Origin: Macrostomum lignano
Taxonomy: Eukaryota
Reading direction: 5' to 3'
Length of the DNA: 56,124 nucleotides
NCBI GenBank assembly: GCA_002269645.1
Contig: NIVC01000959.1
Location: 1 to 56,124, forward strand
Shown here: piece by piece, positions 30,846 through 43,400 of the stretch
How positions within the stretch are numbered: position 1 is the first letter of the stretch
Layout: every line of letters begins with the position of its first letter
The notes under the pieces: generated by a model
What the model saw: the letters and a program-made list of their open reading frames with translations, nothing else
Database searches by the model: none
Told to the model about the DNA's origin: nothing
Translations under genes and position numbers: made by a program

Positions 30846-31729
30846 GATTCTCTGGCAAATTTGAAGTCTTAATGTGGCCCCTTAATTATCTTACAGAATA
30901 GAATGTACGTATTCACCACAGGTAACTAATTTTAATTGTAAGATAAACGCTTTAGTTAAAAAATAAAAGTACACAATTGAACCGTTTTAAGTGGCGCAAA
31001 GTTCACTTAGGTTTACTCTTACTTGTGTTCATTACTTGCTTAATGTTGCACAACTTGCATGAATAAAAATATTTTCTTAATACAAAGAAATTTTGCAGTA
31101 TCCTTCTAGGGCAAAAGTTCACACTTCGCAACATCAAGAAATTGGAAGACTAAAATTCTAATGAACGCACAAAATTGAATAGCCATGCGCATATATATTG
31201 CCTATAAGAGAGTCCATCGATAGAATTTTTTTAATAACAGGATTACGCTCGTAATTTCTTAAAAAATGGTAAAAGAAAAAATTTTGAATCATTTTTTAAT
31301 TCGAGTGGGACTGAGACGCTCGTATCGATTACGATTCTTTCCATTGAGTACCATAAATATATAATAGTATTACTGGTGCAACGGTTAACTCGAAGAAAAG
31401 CAGAGAACGCGCAGAAAACTTTGACCATTTTTTTTCAAACTGTCTTGGCCGCCAGCTCCAACGGCGGGCGAGATCGTTTGCCGCGTCCCTTCGCTTCTTA
31501 ATCGCTTTTATCTTTTGACTTCGCTTCACCCCAAACTGCTCATTGCTCGCAGCCTATGGCTATATTGTTCTCAGAATTCATTGCCTACTGAGCTTCTCGT
31601 GCTCAGCTGATATGGAAAGGTCGCACACCTGAGCTTATTAGGCAGACCTTAGCGGGTGAGAGCGCAACAATTTAAGTTTGATTCGGCGGAGACGGCCAAC
31701 TTACAGAACGTGACATTTTTTGTGTTGCC

Positions 31730-34700
31730 ATGCGGTTTCTGATACCCATGCTGCTGTCCCTGCTGCTCCGGGGCTCCCCATGCAGAGCGCAGTTCGGCAT
31801 GGAAAACGCGCCAATCAGCAGCGTGGACTTCCCGTTCCCTGAGTATGCTCAGCCGTGGGAGATCGGGTGAGCTGTGCGGTTTAGCATGTTGCGCTCAGGC
31901 ACCAGGACTCAGGATTTAGGCACCATGTTTTAGTATAAACTTGTTTTTCCTGCTTCAACGGTTGTTTAGTGGCTGGCTGTGTTGACTATTGGTTTCTCGG
32001 ATGTCTGCTGACTTACAGCGGTGTTCGCACTTGATGCTTCAGCGGATGCCAGACCAGTTTCTCATGAACACTATACAGTCAAAAGCTGTCAGAGGACTTA
32101 ATCATTAATCATAAATTTTCTTATTCCCGCTTGCAATACGCAGAAAGCAGGTATGCGCCTACCTAAAAACCCAGAGTGGCAGGAGGATCTACACCACCTG
32201 CTTCCCGTACAAGCAGCGCATCTGCGGCGCCGACACGTGAGTGTGCTTTAGCTTTCAGGCAAGGAATAATTAAAAAGGAGGACTCTGCATAGAGAAGGTT
32301 TTAGTCATGTGCCCTTTAATTTGAGGTATTCGATGATAAATAAGAACGAAAAATCATAAAAGTGAATATGCTCGTATTCTGCTATGGCTGTTAAAATTCT
32401 GTTAAATTGCTTCTTGCCCTAAACTACTGTTTAGGTTAGTGTTCAGTAGCAATTTCTGCAAATCTCAATGGAATCGACGCGCCGCACGTCCGCAGGCAAT
32501 TCGAGTACGACTGCTGCCCCGGATACGGTCACGACAAGGACTTCGAGGGCTACACGACGGGCCCGAACTGGCCGCGCAATGAGAACTGTCTCAAACGGCT
32601 GGGCAGGGACGACCTCACATCCAGCAGCGACAGCCTGATGCAGCGGATCGGCGCGGATGCTGCCACAACTGGCCGGTTCAGACGAGACCTGGAAAGGTAT
32701 GACCAGTGCAGCGTGCGCTCACTGTATCGAGAGCCAAGTAGTAGGTTCTAGACTGAAATCAGTGCACATTTCATCACCAATTGCATCGCTCAATAGCGCG
32801 CATCATTCAATGCAGAGTTGCGGGCCAGCTGACGGCATTCCTGCCCTACAAGGAGACCTACAAGTCGAGGCGCTTCGACTCCGACGCGGGCGATTCGACG
32901 GCCTACATGGCGCTGGGCAGCCACTTTGTCCGGCACCTGCTCGATGGAGTCGCTGTGCCCAGCGCCGATACTGGCGGCTCCATCAAGATATCGAGATACT
33001 CGAACGGAGTGAGTCTGTCGGGTGGTATCGGCTATGGCTGGTGTGTGAGAGTAGCCTGACTGCCGTGCACTGACTAACTGACCAACTAACTAACCAACTA
33101 ACTAAATTTGACACCCTAATTTGATTCTTTTAAACTTTCAGATAATTTGCGCCGAGTGCAGGCGGTTTGTGTCAGCTGATCACAGTCTCGACGACAGGGC
33201 TGTGGTGCACTTCGTTGACGGGGTGAGTGTAAAGCGGTGGGATGAAATACCGTCTACGAGCATCACAAGAGGGAAGTAATGAGTCTGTAGAATGAGACAG
33301 CCACTGCCGTAACCGCCGCAGTTTGTTTTCCCCAGCCGAAAGTCGCTGGCCGAGCTGCTCAGAGAGCGGTACGCTTACTTCTGGTCCGACATTCCCGCTG
33401 GCCTGCAAGCCAGGCTGGGTGACGCCAACTGCGGCCGCTGGTACACCGTGCTGGTGCCCACCCAGAGCGCCTGGACCGCCGCCAAGACGAAGGCCGGCTC
33501 GAACGCTAAGATTCAGGAGAAGCTGCTCCGCGAGCACATCCTGCCCCAGCTGGTCTGCTCGTCGGCCGTCTGCCAGGACTCGCAGCGCAGCAAGAATTTG
33601 AACGGCGAGAACGTCATCCTGGCCTGCGAAGGCGAGGGTCGCGTCTACGCGCAGAGGTCGCACGAGTTCGGCGTCAGCAGCGAGAAGGCCTACCTGCAGG
33701 CCGGAGCCGACGGAGAGGTCGACCAGATGGCCAGCAACGGAGTGGTGCACAAGACCGACAAGGCCCTGCTGCACAGCTCCGGTGCGTGCCTGGAAGATAC
33801 AGAGCCCGACAGAAAGACTGAGATTAAGAATCCCTGCAAACTTACTTGATGTGCGATCCCCCTGAATTGCAGCAACCTCCTATCGCGACATCGCCTGGCC
33901 AGACTCCGTGCCGGACTCCTGCATCTCGCTGGACCCGGCCAAGCAGTACATCTTCCTGATACCGCGGGAAACAGCCTGGCAGCGTATGTGCGCGTTGTCT
34001 CATTCCACTCTGACACTCTGGTGCATTTTCCTATTTTGTTAACTCTCACAGTCAGCAGCTCAGCAACACGAGGATGTCACCGTTTAGTTTGTTTGATACT
34101 TTTTCGGTTTTGGTCCACGGTAGCTACATGAACTGTACTGGGCGTAATTAGGCTGGTGGTTAAAGTCCAAAGTCCGGGGGTTAAACTCTAATGATGGGAG
34201 TCAAATGATGAAATACCGAGTGCACGCCTGTCTCCGCCGGTAAGTGTACCTGCAGCGTCAGCAGCAGCACCGCCTGTGGAACAGTATAGACCCAGCGTGA
34301 ATGACGTAACCTACCAATGAGAGTCGTCGTCGGCGAGAGAGTCGGCGAGAGAGTCGCCGACGGCGCCGGCGGCGAATAGACATCGAAACAACCGAAGGCG
34401 CATCACGAAACCGAAACCCCTTCAGGTTTCAAAACTCAGGACACCACAATCAGCCCGGAGGAGTCGATGAAGAAGTTCAGCGACTGGTACACCGCGGACG
34501 CCGCCTACCGCTGTCTAGTGCGCCAGTACCACGTGCTCGAGGCCGAGCCGGGGCAGACTTCACTGGACAATCTGTGGTCGCAGTTCAACCCGGCCAGCTG
34601 GCCGAGAGGACGCCAGCCCGGCTCCTATCGGACGCTGGCCAGGTGGGCCGCCGGGTCGGACGCTGACGCGACGAGGCGCAACAGCTACGGCTACCTGCAG

Positions 34701-36935
34701 AACCAGCTGCACTTCCAGAAGGGCGACAACGGGCCAAGGGTTTGTGAATAGTTTATAGAATTTTTTTATTTCGCTTCAAAATTCATTTATCATACTGAAA
34801 CTGGATGCCCAGTGTCCACCATCGCGCCATTGGTGTGTAAAGGTGCTGATGTCTGCGTGATTTCAAAAATCCAACTCGAGGTCCATTCTAGAACTATATA
34901 ACTTTTGATATTTCCCGGGCTAAAACTACTAATAGTAACGTAAATTCATGTCTGAATTTTCGTCCTATCTTACGGGTTCCCATGTCGCAGAAATCCATCT
35001 CGACAACCTTGATCTCTTGAGTTCTCGACAATGCCTGTCGTAAGTACTGTAGTGTCAGACAGTCTTACGCCCGAGCACTGTAACCTGATTGCAGCTTCAC
35101 TACCAGTTTGCTCCCGTGCGAAACGCCAACGGCTTTGCGCTGAAAGAGGGCCACGGCTACATGGTAGACTGGGTCAACGTCCCGCCGCACGAGAGCTCGA
35201 CTGACTTTTTCAAACGCCGACCGGATCTCAGCAAGCACCTTGACCTAGTTAATGAGGAGAGAGAGTTGGCTACCGGTGAAGGTAGGCAGGCCCTGTACAA
35301 TGGTGAGGGCTCGGTGCAGCTCATCATTGTGTCCAAGGACGCCTGGTACAACAAAGGCATAAGCTCAACGCTGAGAAGAGTGGACACCGTCCATGATCTT
35401 ATAAAAAACAACTGGAATTTGACGGATGTAAGAACTCATTATTCTTATAGTTTCCATTTTATCCAATGCCTGGCATGATCCTGAACAAACTTTTACTCCA
35501 GTTCCTCTTGCTCAACTGGGGCAACCTGCAATACTGGCTTGGCGACCTGGGCTACCTGGCCAAGGGCGAGAAAGTGTTCATACAGAGCGGCCACCCCGAC
35601 GTGCTGATTGGCGTCTACCGGCATTTGCAAACTGGCAAGTTCTACGTGTGGAACGAGATGAAGACGGCCGAGCCGGAGAGTCTGCAGTCTGTGCAGTCTC
35701 GCTGGGTAAGCGCATGGGCCAAGGGTTGGCAAACTTTTTACCTCGATGTCCAGATAGAGAAACCAGCGCATGACTACGGGCCAGAGGGGGAAGAGGAGAG
35801 AGAAGAGAGATAGAAGAGGAGAGAATAAATAAGAGGAGGTGAAGAAATCGAAGAGGGGAGAGGAGTGAAGGGAGAGCAGAAGAGAGGACAGAAGAGAAGG
35901 AAAGCAGAGAGGAGATAGATGATTAGAGAGTAGGGAGCTGAGAAGAGACACAAACCCTGAGCGGGCCGGATTTCTATTCTGAAGTTTCAAAGGACCTCTC
36001 TTGGATAGAGAGGCTTTGTGGGCCGCATGTTGCCGACCCCTGGCATAGGCTGAGATGAGCCAATGCTGACTAATCCATGACAGAGAGAGCGTGGATCTTT
36101 CTCCATTAACTACAGACACCTGGACAGCAGACAGAGATCAAGCTTGCCTATATTGGAAGCAAAATGTAGGCATCCACACAGAGAAAGAGAGACGCAGAGA
36201 GCGGACAGGCAACAGTTCAGCGGTTTTCAGACTAATAAATCTATTAATTTTTGCCTCATGGGAAGAGGAAGGTTGATGACAAACGTCTGTTAAAAATGTA
36301 TGAGTAATAGGAAGAAGGTTACAGAATTTTCTAGAGTTTCTTAGAAAGGTCCTGTGTAACCTCAGAACAAAATTCAGTGTATTTTTGGTTGATGTTGCAG
36401 ATGAATTGACTTGCAAGACTACGAGTAGGACTTTCTTCTACTAAGAGACAGTGCTTTCCTGTGTATTCTTATGCTTTGAAATCGGTTCCAGAAGTACATG
36501 CACTTTCGCTTGCCTTTTTTCCAGTCTCATTATCGTTTCACGACTCCACCATAACTTGATTCGGTCAACCCACAGCAAGAAATCGTTGAGTACAATCACT
36601 TCAAGACGGACGCGGTCATCTGGATAGTAAACACGCCGTTCCAGTGCAGCCGCCGCCTGTGCAAGTGGAACACCAACAAGGGCAAGGTGAACCTGCCCTG
36701 GACCTTCGCTGCCGCCTGCGGCGATTTTGTTACGCTAGACAGTCCGGCCACAGAGCCGCTGAAGCAGCTCTTCAGAGCGGCTGGCGGCAACCTCGGGTTG
36801 GAACAGCAGGTGAACGTCACGACCGAGGTGCGGACAGGCAGGAACAAGGGCGACAATCAGGTCGTGTCCTGCTACGCAGTCGGCATGGTGGCAGCCAAAA
36901 CCATTGTGTTCGAAGGAGATGACGATCAAGTTTGA
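31730..36935 (+). CDS. Secreted periostin/TGFBI-like fasciclin protein (signal peptide, EMI/Cys-rich domain, FAS1 repeats), ~828 aa
   Basis: Exons 31730-31866, 32144-32236, 32496-32696, 32816-33008, 33142-33222, 33322-33781, 33873-33983, 34426-34739, 35095-35427, 35502-35705, 36576-36935 (sum 2487 nt, all GT-AG, phases consistent). EMI-like GKQVCA...TTC...RICG...YDCCPGY; FAS1 H1/H2 motifs LTAFLP, VVHFVDG, YTVLVPT, SNGVVHKTD, YIFLIP. Confidence 0.87.
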
Positions 36936-37130
36936 GCTTATAGCAGTGCAAGGCTAACTAAAGTAGATGGAACTCGTCGAAAATCCTGCAAATTTCCCTA
37001 GAGGCAGGTAGTATTCACGATTTTTTACAATATCTCAACTTCTGTGGAGTTGCAAACTGCAAATAAAGCAAATGCATGCTTTGTGCGAGAGAAAATTTCA
37101 GCATTCTTTTCAAGCCAATCGAGCGCAAAT

Positions 37131-37573
37131 ATACTAAAATAACTAAGATGGGCCACTCAGGCATATATAGTTAGTAATAGTAAAACAGCTTTTACTTACA
37201 GTTCAGCAGCAAAGAAGAACATAAGCTATTTTATAAAAAAAAAAGCTGAACTGACTTTGATAAGTTTAGAAGCCGTAAATAACTTGCTAATTGGTTCAGC
37301 AATAATGTACATTAGCCAGTCCACTGAAATGTACATGGTAGCTTTGGACTGGAATTCCGAAAGGCAATAAAGATTGGAGCGGGGCGGGGGAGTAGTGTGG
37401 AAAGGCGCGGTTGGAGGGTTTAAGCTGGGGTAGGGGAGGGGGGTGGCTAAGAGCCAATAAATTAGCCTTGAGTTTAAAAATACGCAAAAATGCTTGCTTA
37501 ACTTGCTACTGAACTGAAAGTAGTTTACACGCAAATGTGCTGAGTGGCCCATCCAGTTATTCTAGTATCTGTG
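37131..37573 (+). mobile_element. MITE-like non-autonomous DNA element, copy 1
   Basis: Imperfect ~35-bp terminal inverted repeats (ATACTAAAATAACTAAGATGGGCCACTCAGGCATAT ... ATGTGCTGAGTGGCCCATCCAGTTATTCTAGTAT). Interior colinear with 42868-43302. No ORF; TSD not resolved. Confidence 0.75.
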
Positions 37574-38349
37574 ATGGAGTCCAGGAGCAAGCAGTTTTAT
37601 CCTTAGTGAGAGAGAAGCGATCTATTAAAAAGAGAAGAAGGTAAATAGCATGACCTTTTTGCCCGACAGGCCAATAACCAGTGCCCTTTAACGCCATAGA
37701 CTATTAACACCCGCTAATGTCGAATTTGCGGGCAAATAATGTTCTTTTGACCATAGACAGTTTGTTGTTTCTGTTTCTTGCTCTCTACGCTGCCCGACTC
37801 TGCCCCCTAACACCCCCACCCTTGCTATGAAAGTGTAGCCTGAGCAAATATGTTTATGGTAGCTCGTATATTAGCTTGATTCTCTCACTTAGGATTTAAC
37901 TGCTTGCTAATCAGTTGGCTTGTAAAAAATACAACAGTGTTCTGTTAACGGATTTCGCAGCAAAGATTAGCCTTCTGCGCAGCGTTAAACCAGAGGTTTT
38001 ACCATAGACAAAACTCATGCACTTGTTTCATTCGCAAACTCAGAAGCTGAAAATGTGAGATTAGATGTGCTATCTTGCTAATGCATAGACTTCTATCCTA
38101 GTTTCTAGCAGTATTTTAACCAATGATTCAAGTTTCCTTAGATCTGAAACAAATCCAATTTCAATTATCTTTCTTACGTCTAATCCATATTTACTAGCTA
38201 GATAAAAACTATTAGATGCTACACTGCTGTGCAAGGATTGACACCTATATTTGAATTATTCTGTCTGATATTTGCAAACATTTTTCTTTCAAGTATTTTC
38301 TGTTTTGGGTAAACAACAAGCGGATTCAGGAATTATTGGATGAGATCAG

Positions 38350-38992
38350 GGCGATGGGATCAAAGCGATGGGATCAGAGTGATGGGATCAGAGTGATGGG
38401 ATCAGAGTGACGGGATCAGAGTGATGAGGTCAGATTGATGGGATCAGAGTGATGGGATCAGCGTGATGGGGTCAGAGTGATGAGGTCAGAGTGATAGGAT
38501 CAGAGTGATGGGATCAGAGTGACGGGATCAGAGTGATGAGGTCAGAGTGATGGGATCAGAGTGATAGGATCAGAGTGATGGGGTCAGAGTGATGGGATCA
38601 GAGTGATGGGATCAGAGTGATGGGGTCAGAGTGATGGGATCAGAGTGATGGGATCAGAGTGACGGGATCAGAGTGATGAGGTCAGAGTGATGGGATCAGA
38701 GTGACGGGATCAGAGTGATGGGATCAGAGTGACGGGATCAGAGTGATGAGGTCAGAGTGATGGGATCAGAGTGACGGGATCAGAGTGATGAGGTCAGATT
38801 GATGGGATCAGAGTGACGGGATCAGAGTGATGAGGTCAGATTGATGGGATCAGAGTGATGGGGTCAGAGTGATGAGGTCAGATTGATGGGATCAGAGTGA
38901 TAGGATCAGAGTGACGGGATCAGAGTGACGAGGTCACAGTGATGGGATCAGAGTGACGGGATCAGAGTGATGAGGTCACAGTGATGGGATCA
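38350..38992 (+). repeat. 14-bp minisatellite (GATGGGATCAGAGT)
   Basis: Direct inspection; shares the GGGATCAGAG core with the GPCR arrays. Confidence 0.96.
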
Positions 38993-40464
38993 GAAGAGTG
39001 GGCTACAGAAGCCTCAGAAAGCAGGTCCAAACGAAAAAGCAACAAGAGCTCAGACGCGGCAGTGGCTGCCAGTATATCTCAGGCCAGAGGAGAAGGGCAG
39101 GAAAAGATTTCAAAGGCGGGACAGAAGCAGGTCCCGCCGCGCGCGGCAGTGCAGTGTGTGCTGAATTTTATTTTCAGTTCTGTTTCACCTGTAAAACTCT
39201 ATAGTAGCGCAAAGCTAAAAGAGGCGCCGCAGCAGGCAACAGCGCCGCAGGAGAGAATTTGGGAAGATGTGCGCTCCGGCCTTGCTTTATGCTTAGTCAA
39301 AGACACGGACAAGCAAACAAACGAACAAAAAGCAAAAGTGTTGCCAACAAACACAAACAGAGAGAGAGAAAACCACAGCGGACAAAATGGGAAGTAGAAG
39401 GCGGAGTCGAGCTCCGCAGCAGCCCAGCGCAGGTCTGCATGTACAAAATAGGCCTGTTCGCAGTGCGAGCCGAATCTGGCTGGGCTGGCGGGGGCGGCAG
39501 AAAAAAGCAGCACAAGAAAAGCAAAGTAGAAGAGAGAAAAAAACGGAACACGCACGCAAAAAAACCGCAAAAAACTCGGTGGGGGGGGCGGCATGGGTGA
39601 CAGAAAATGGAGGCAAAATTCACGGATTTCATTTCTTCTTCTTGAAAAAGAGACCTGCGCCGGACATTACGAGCTAGTTTTTGAAAAAGCACTGGCGACA
39701 GACATGAAGCGAAAACAAATTGCTGAATAAAAGCGAGGGACTGAATGCCAAAATGGAGGCTTAAATTAAAAAAAATTGGAATATAGCCGACTTTGTTCAA
39801 CACACAGTACTAGCAATAGTATTTAATGGCTCTGCAAAAGAAGACTTCGGGGTCAAGGTAGAAATCAAATTGTTGTTGAGCGCAGACAACAGCGGTCAGA
39901 AATCAATTTACAAGCAGAAATTTTCACCAAAAACGCTTTTTTTGATTTTGAATATTCACGCCGCCTTACTGCCGGTCTCTGCTAGGCCCAAGTTCAATGC
40001 CCGGGGTAGTTCAGCCGACAAATGAAAAAATAGAGGGGAGCGAGACAGACAGAACAGAAAAAAAGCAGACAACGGCAGCGCGCATTGGAACAGCTGAGGA
40101 GAAGCATGGCGGGGGCGGAACCTTTCTAAAGCGCAATTTACAGACAATATTGAACTTCTTGACTGGCTGTCAAAGAGAGTGCGTGTGCAACAGAGAGGCA
40201 CAACATCAAAGAGAGAGACAGAGAAAAAAACGCACAAGCACACAAAAAAGCAGAAAGAAAAAATCTCATCAAATGACACCGACAAACAAAATTTTGTTTA
40301 AACGCGCCACAACAGCAAAAAATGTGTCTCTGTCTGTCCTGTCCGATGGGAGCGAGAATACAGTTAGGCGTTCGGAGGGCTGAGAAGGAGGAGGAGGAAG
40401 AGGAGGTGTGGGCTGAGAAGGAGACGGAGTCGAGCATGTCGCTGCCGGAGCTCGGAGCGGCGGC

Positions 40465-43400
40465 TCACTGAGGCTCGGCAGATGCGGTCAGCCCCATGGG
40501 ATGGTAGGCCGTAGCGGTGGGGTCCAGGCCGGCCGCCGCGCTGGCATAGTACAGCGGAGCCGCGTCCGGGGTGGCGTACAGCGACGTCTGCGGCGCGGCC
40601 AGCAGCTGCGGTCCGTACATGCCGGCCGCGGCAGCGTAACTTGACGGGTCGATGAGCCAGGAATTGCGCTGGTGCTGCGAATGCGAGTTTTGGTTACGGC
40701 TGGATTTTCACAACGGCTGAGATTACTTATCTGACTCTTGTCACTCTACTGACTCAACTGACCATCTGACTCAAGTCCCAGATCAGTCTGGGACTTGCCA
40801 CTCCGCTGACTTGTCACTCCATTGACTTGTCACTCCATTGACTTGTCACTCCATTGACTTGTCACTCCACCTGACCACCTATCTATTCTGGGACTTGTCA
40901 CTCCATTGACTTGTCACTCCACCTGACCACCTATCTATTCTGGGACTTGTCACTCCATTGACTTGTCACTCCGCTGACTTGTCACTCCACCTGACCTATT
41001 TAGTCTGAGACTTATCGCCCCACCTGACCTACCTAGTCTGAGACTTGTCACTCCACCTGACCTACCTAGTCTGAGACTTGTCACTCCACCTGACCTACCT
41101 AGTCCGGGAATCCAGTCCGGGATTAGACAACCCCCTAGGCTCCCACCTGGTGCAGCCTCCTCACCTGATACAGCGAAGGCGCTCCGGCTCCGGCCCCTCC
41201 GGTCATGGCGGAGGCGGGCGACGCCTGGAACACGTAGCTGGTGTGAGCTGGCGCGCTGGGCGGCGCCGCGGCCGGGGTCACCCGGCTGGTGTAGCTGGTC
41301 AGGGCCGAGGACTGCACGGCGGCCGGGCTGTACAGTTGGGCTGCGGCTCCGGACTGCAGCATCTGGGCGTTGTAGCCGCCGGGCATAACAGCAGCGGCGG
41401 CGGCTGCGGCGCCTCGGGCGGCGGCGGCCAGAGCGGCCGGATTCTGCTGGAAGATGCTGAGCGGCAGCTGGCCGCCAGGCGGGCTGGGCCCGAGGCCGTG
41501 ATGGGCGGCCAGGCCGGGCTGCTGCTGCTGCTGGGCGCGCTGCTTCTTCCGCTGATTGGTCTTGTCGGCCAGCTTGGCCTCCAGCGGCCTCGGGCAGCCG
41601 TACTTCTGGCCAAGGGCGGTGCCGTTCTTATTGATGTGAGCGATCGCTGTCACAGCGTCCTGGTCCTTCTCGAACCGGATGAAGCCGGCCCCGGTGGCGC
41701 TGGTCTGCTGCCGGGTGCTCGGGTCGGTGGCCCGCATCACTCGGCAGCTGATGATGCGGCCAGTCAGGCCGTTGCCCAGCTCGTCGGTGAAGACGCGGCT
41801 CATCCATTCCTCGTTGCACTCCGGCCGGGTGGGCAGGTTCTTGATGTAGATGTTGGTGGGGTCCTTCTCGGACTCCTGCGCCGTGGGGGGGGGAATTAGG
41901 GAAGGCTTTTTTATATTTGACTCTTGGTTGGTGCATTAACAATAAAACTGCTCACTTTGAGCTGCTGCATCCGTGACTGCAATTTTTATAATTCTCATTC
42001 TTTCAACCTACTTTGATAAATGTTAAAATATTACTATGGCGCTTCTCCGTGAGAATGCTGAAGAGCTGTTGATGAAAGCTAGAGAGTGATTCCCTGGTGG
42101 AAGCTGGAGAGTGATTCCCTGGGGGAAGCTAGAGGGCGATTCCCTGGGGGAAGCTAGAGGGTGATTCCCTGGGGGAAGCTAGAGGGTGATTCCCTGATGG
42201 AAGCTAGCAACTCCATCGAAGGTAAAGTTGATTTCCTGATGGAAGCTGGAGGGTGATTCCCGGGGGGAAGCTATAGGGTGATTCCCTGGGGGAAGCTATA
42301 GGGTGATTCCCTGGGGGAAGCTAGAGGGTGATTCCCTGGGGGAAGCTAGAGGGTGATTCCCTGATGGAAGCTAGCAACTCCTCCCTGATCGAAGGTAAAG
42401 TTGATTTCCTGATGGAAGCTGGAGGCCGACTTCAGTAAGTCGCATCAGCTGACTGTACAGCGATGGACCAATCGATAATATTTCATGCTGACAACAACAA
42501 ATAAAATGATTCTCAAACACGAGGTGCGCCATAGACTACTAGATTATGAGTAGTATTATCATAATGTCTGAAGTACTGCACAAGTTGCACTAGTTAACCA
42601 ACTATCCAAAAAACCGACTGTGTTTTGCCCTGTTTCCATTTTTTCTAAAATAAAATAAATTATTGGCTTTCAACAGTTCAAAGCGAACTCTGATAGGAAA
42701 TTCGGGAAGAAAAAGGATAGTAGGGATAAAAGGTGAGCAAAGTAACCCGTGCTGTGCTTCGCTTGGCGTGCCAACACTCGGTATAAATGTAAATGAAGCC
42801 AGGTCGGTGTCACTCTGGTCTATTAAAACATTTATTACCCCATCCCACATATACTAAATCTACTTTACACATACTAAAATAACTAAGATGGGCCACTCAT
42901 GCATATATACTTAGTAAAACAGCTTTCTACTTACAGTTTAGTAGCAAAGAAGAATACAAAAGCTATTTTATAAAAATAAAGGCAGCTGAAAGTTTAGAAG
43001 CCCAAGCTTGCAGGCGTAAACAACTTGCTAATTGGTTCAGCAATAATGTACATTAGCCAGTCCACTGAAATGTACATGGCAGCTTTAGGCTGGAATTCCG
43101 AGAAAGGCAATAAAAATTGGGGCGCGGCGGGGGCAGTGTGGAAAGGCGCGGTTGGAGGGTTTAAGCTGGGGGTAAGAGCCAATAAATGAGCCTTGACTTC
43201 AAAAATACATTAAAATGCTTCTGTTTAAATTACTACTGAACTGAAAGTAGCTTACAGGCAAATGTGCTGAGTGGCCCATCTCTAGTTATTCTAGTATCTG
43301 TGATCTACCGAAAGATAAGAATTCACAATTCTGGCATTAAAAACACACACACAAAATAAACTTTCTTGCCGCGATTGCCGTGTGTGACAAAAAGACAAAA

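Noticed and set aside
29666-30858. Cys-rich 370-386-aa ORFs resembling keratin-associated or metallothionein-like proteins
   Set aside because: All three minus frames are open over a 20-bp array; a repeat artefact. The same applies to 16658-17582, 28065-28503 and 44270-45147.
40675-40720. Stop-codon readthrough or a missing microexon in the last shep exon
   Set aside because: The upstream acceptors give immediate stops, but the acceptor tcgcag| ending at 40675 joins in phase 0 and resolves the frame.
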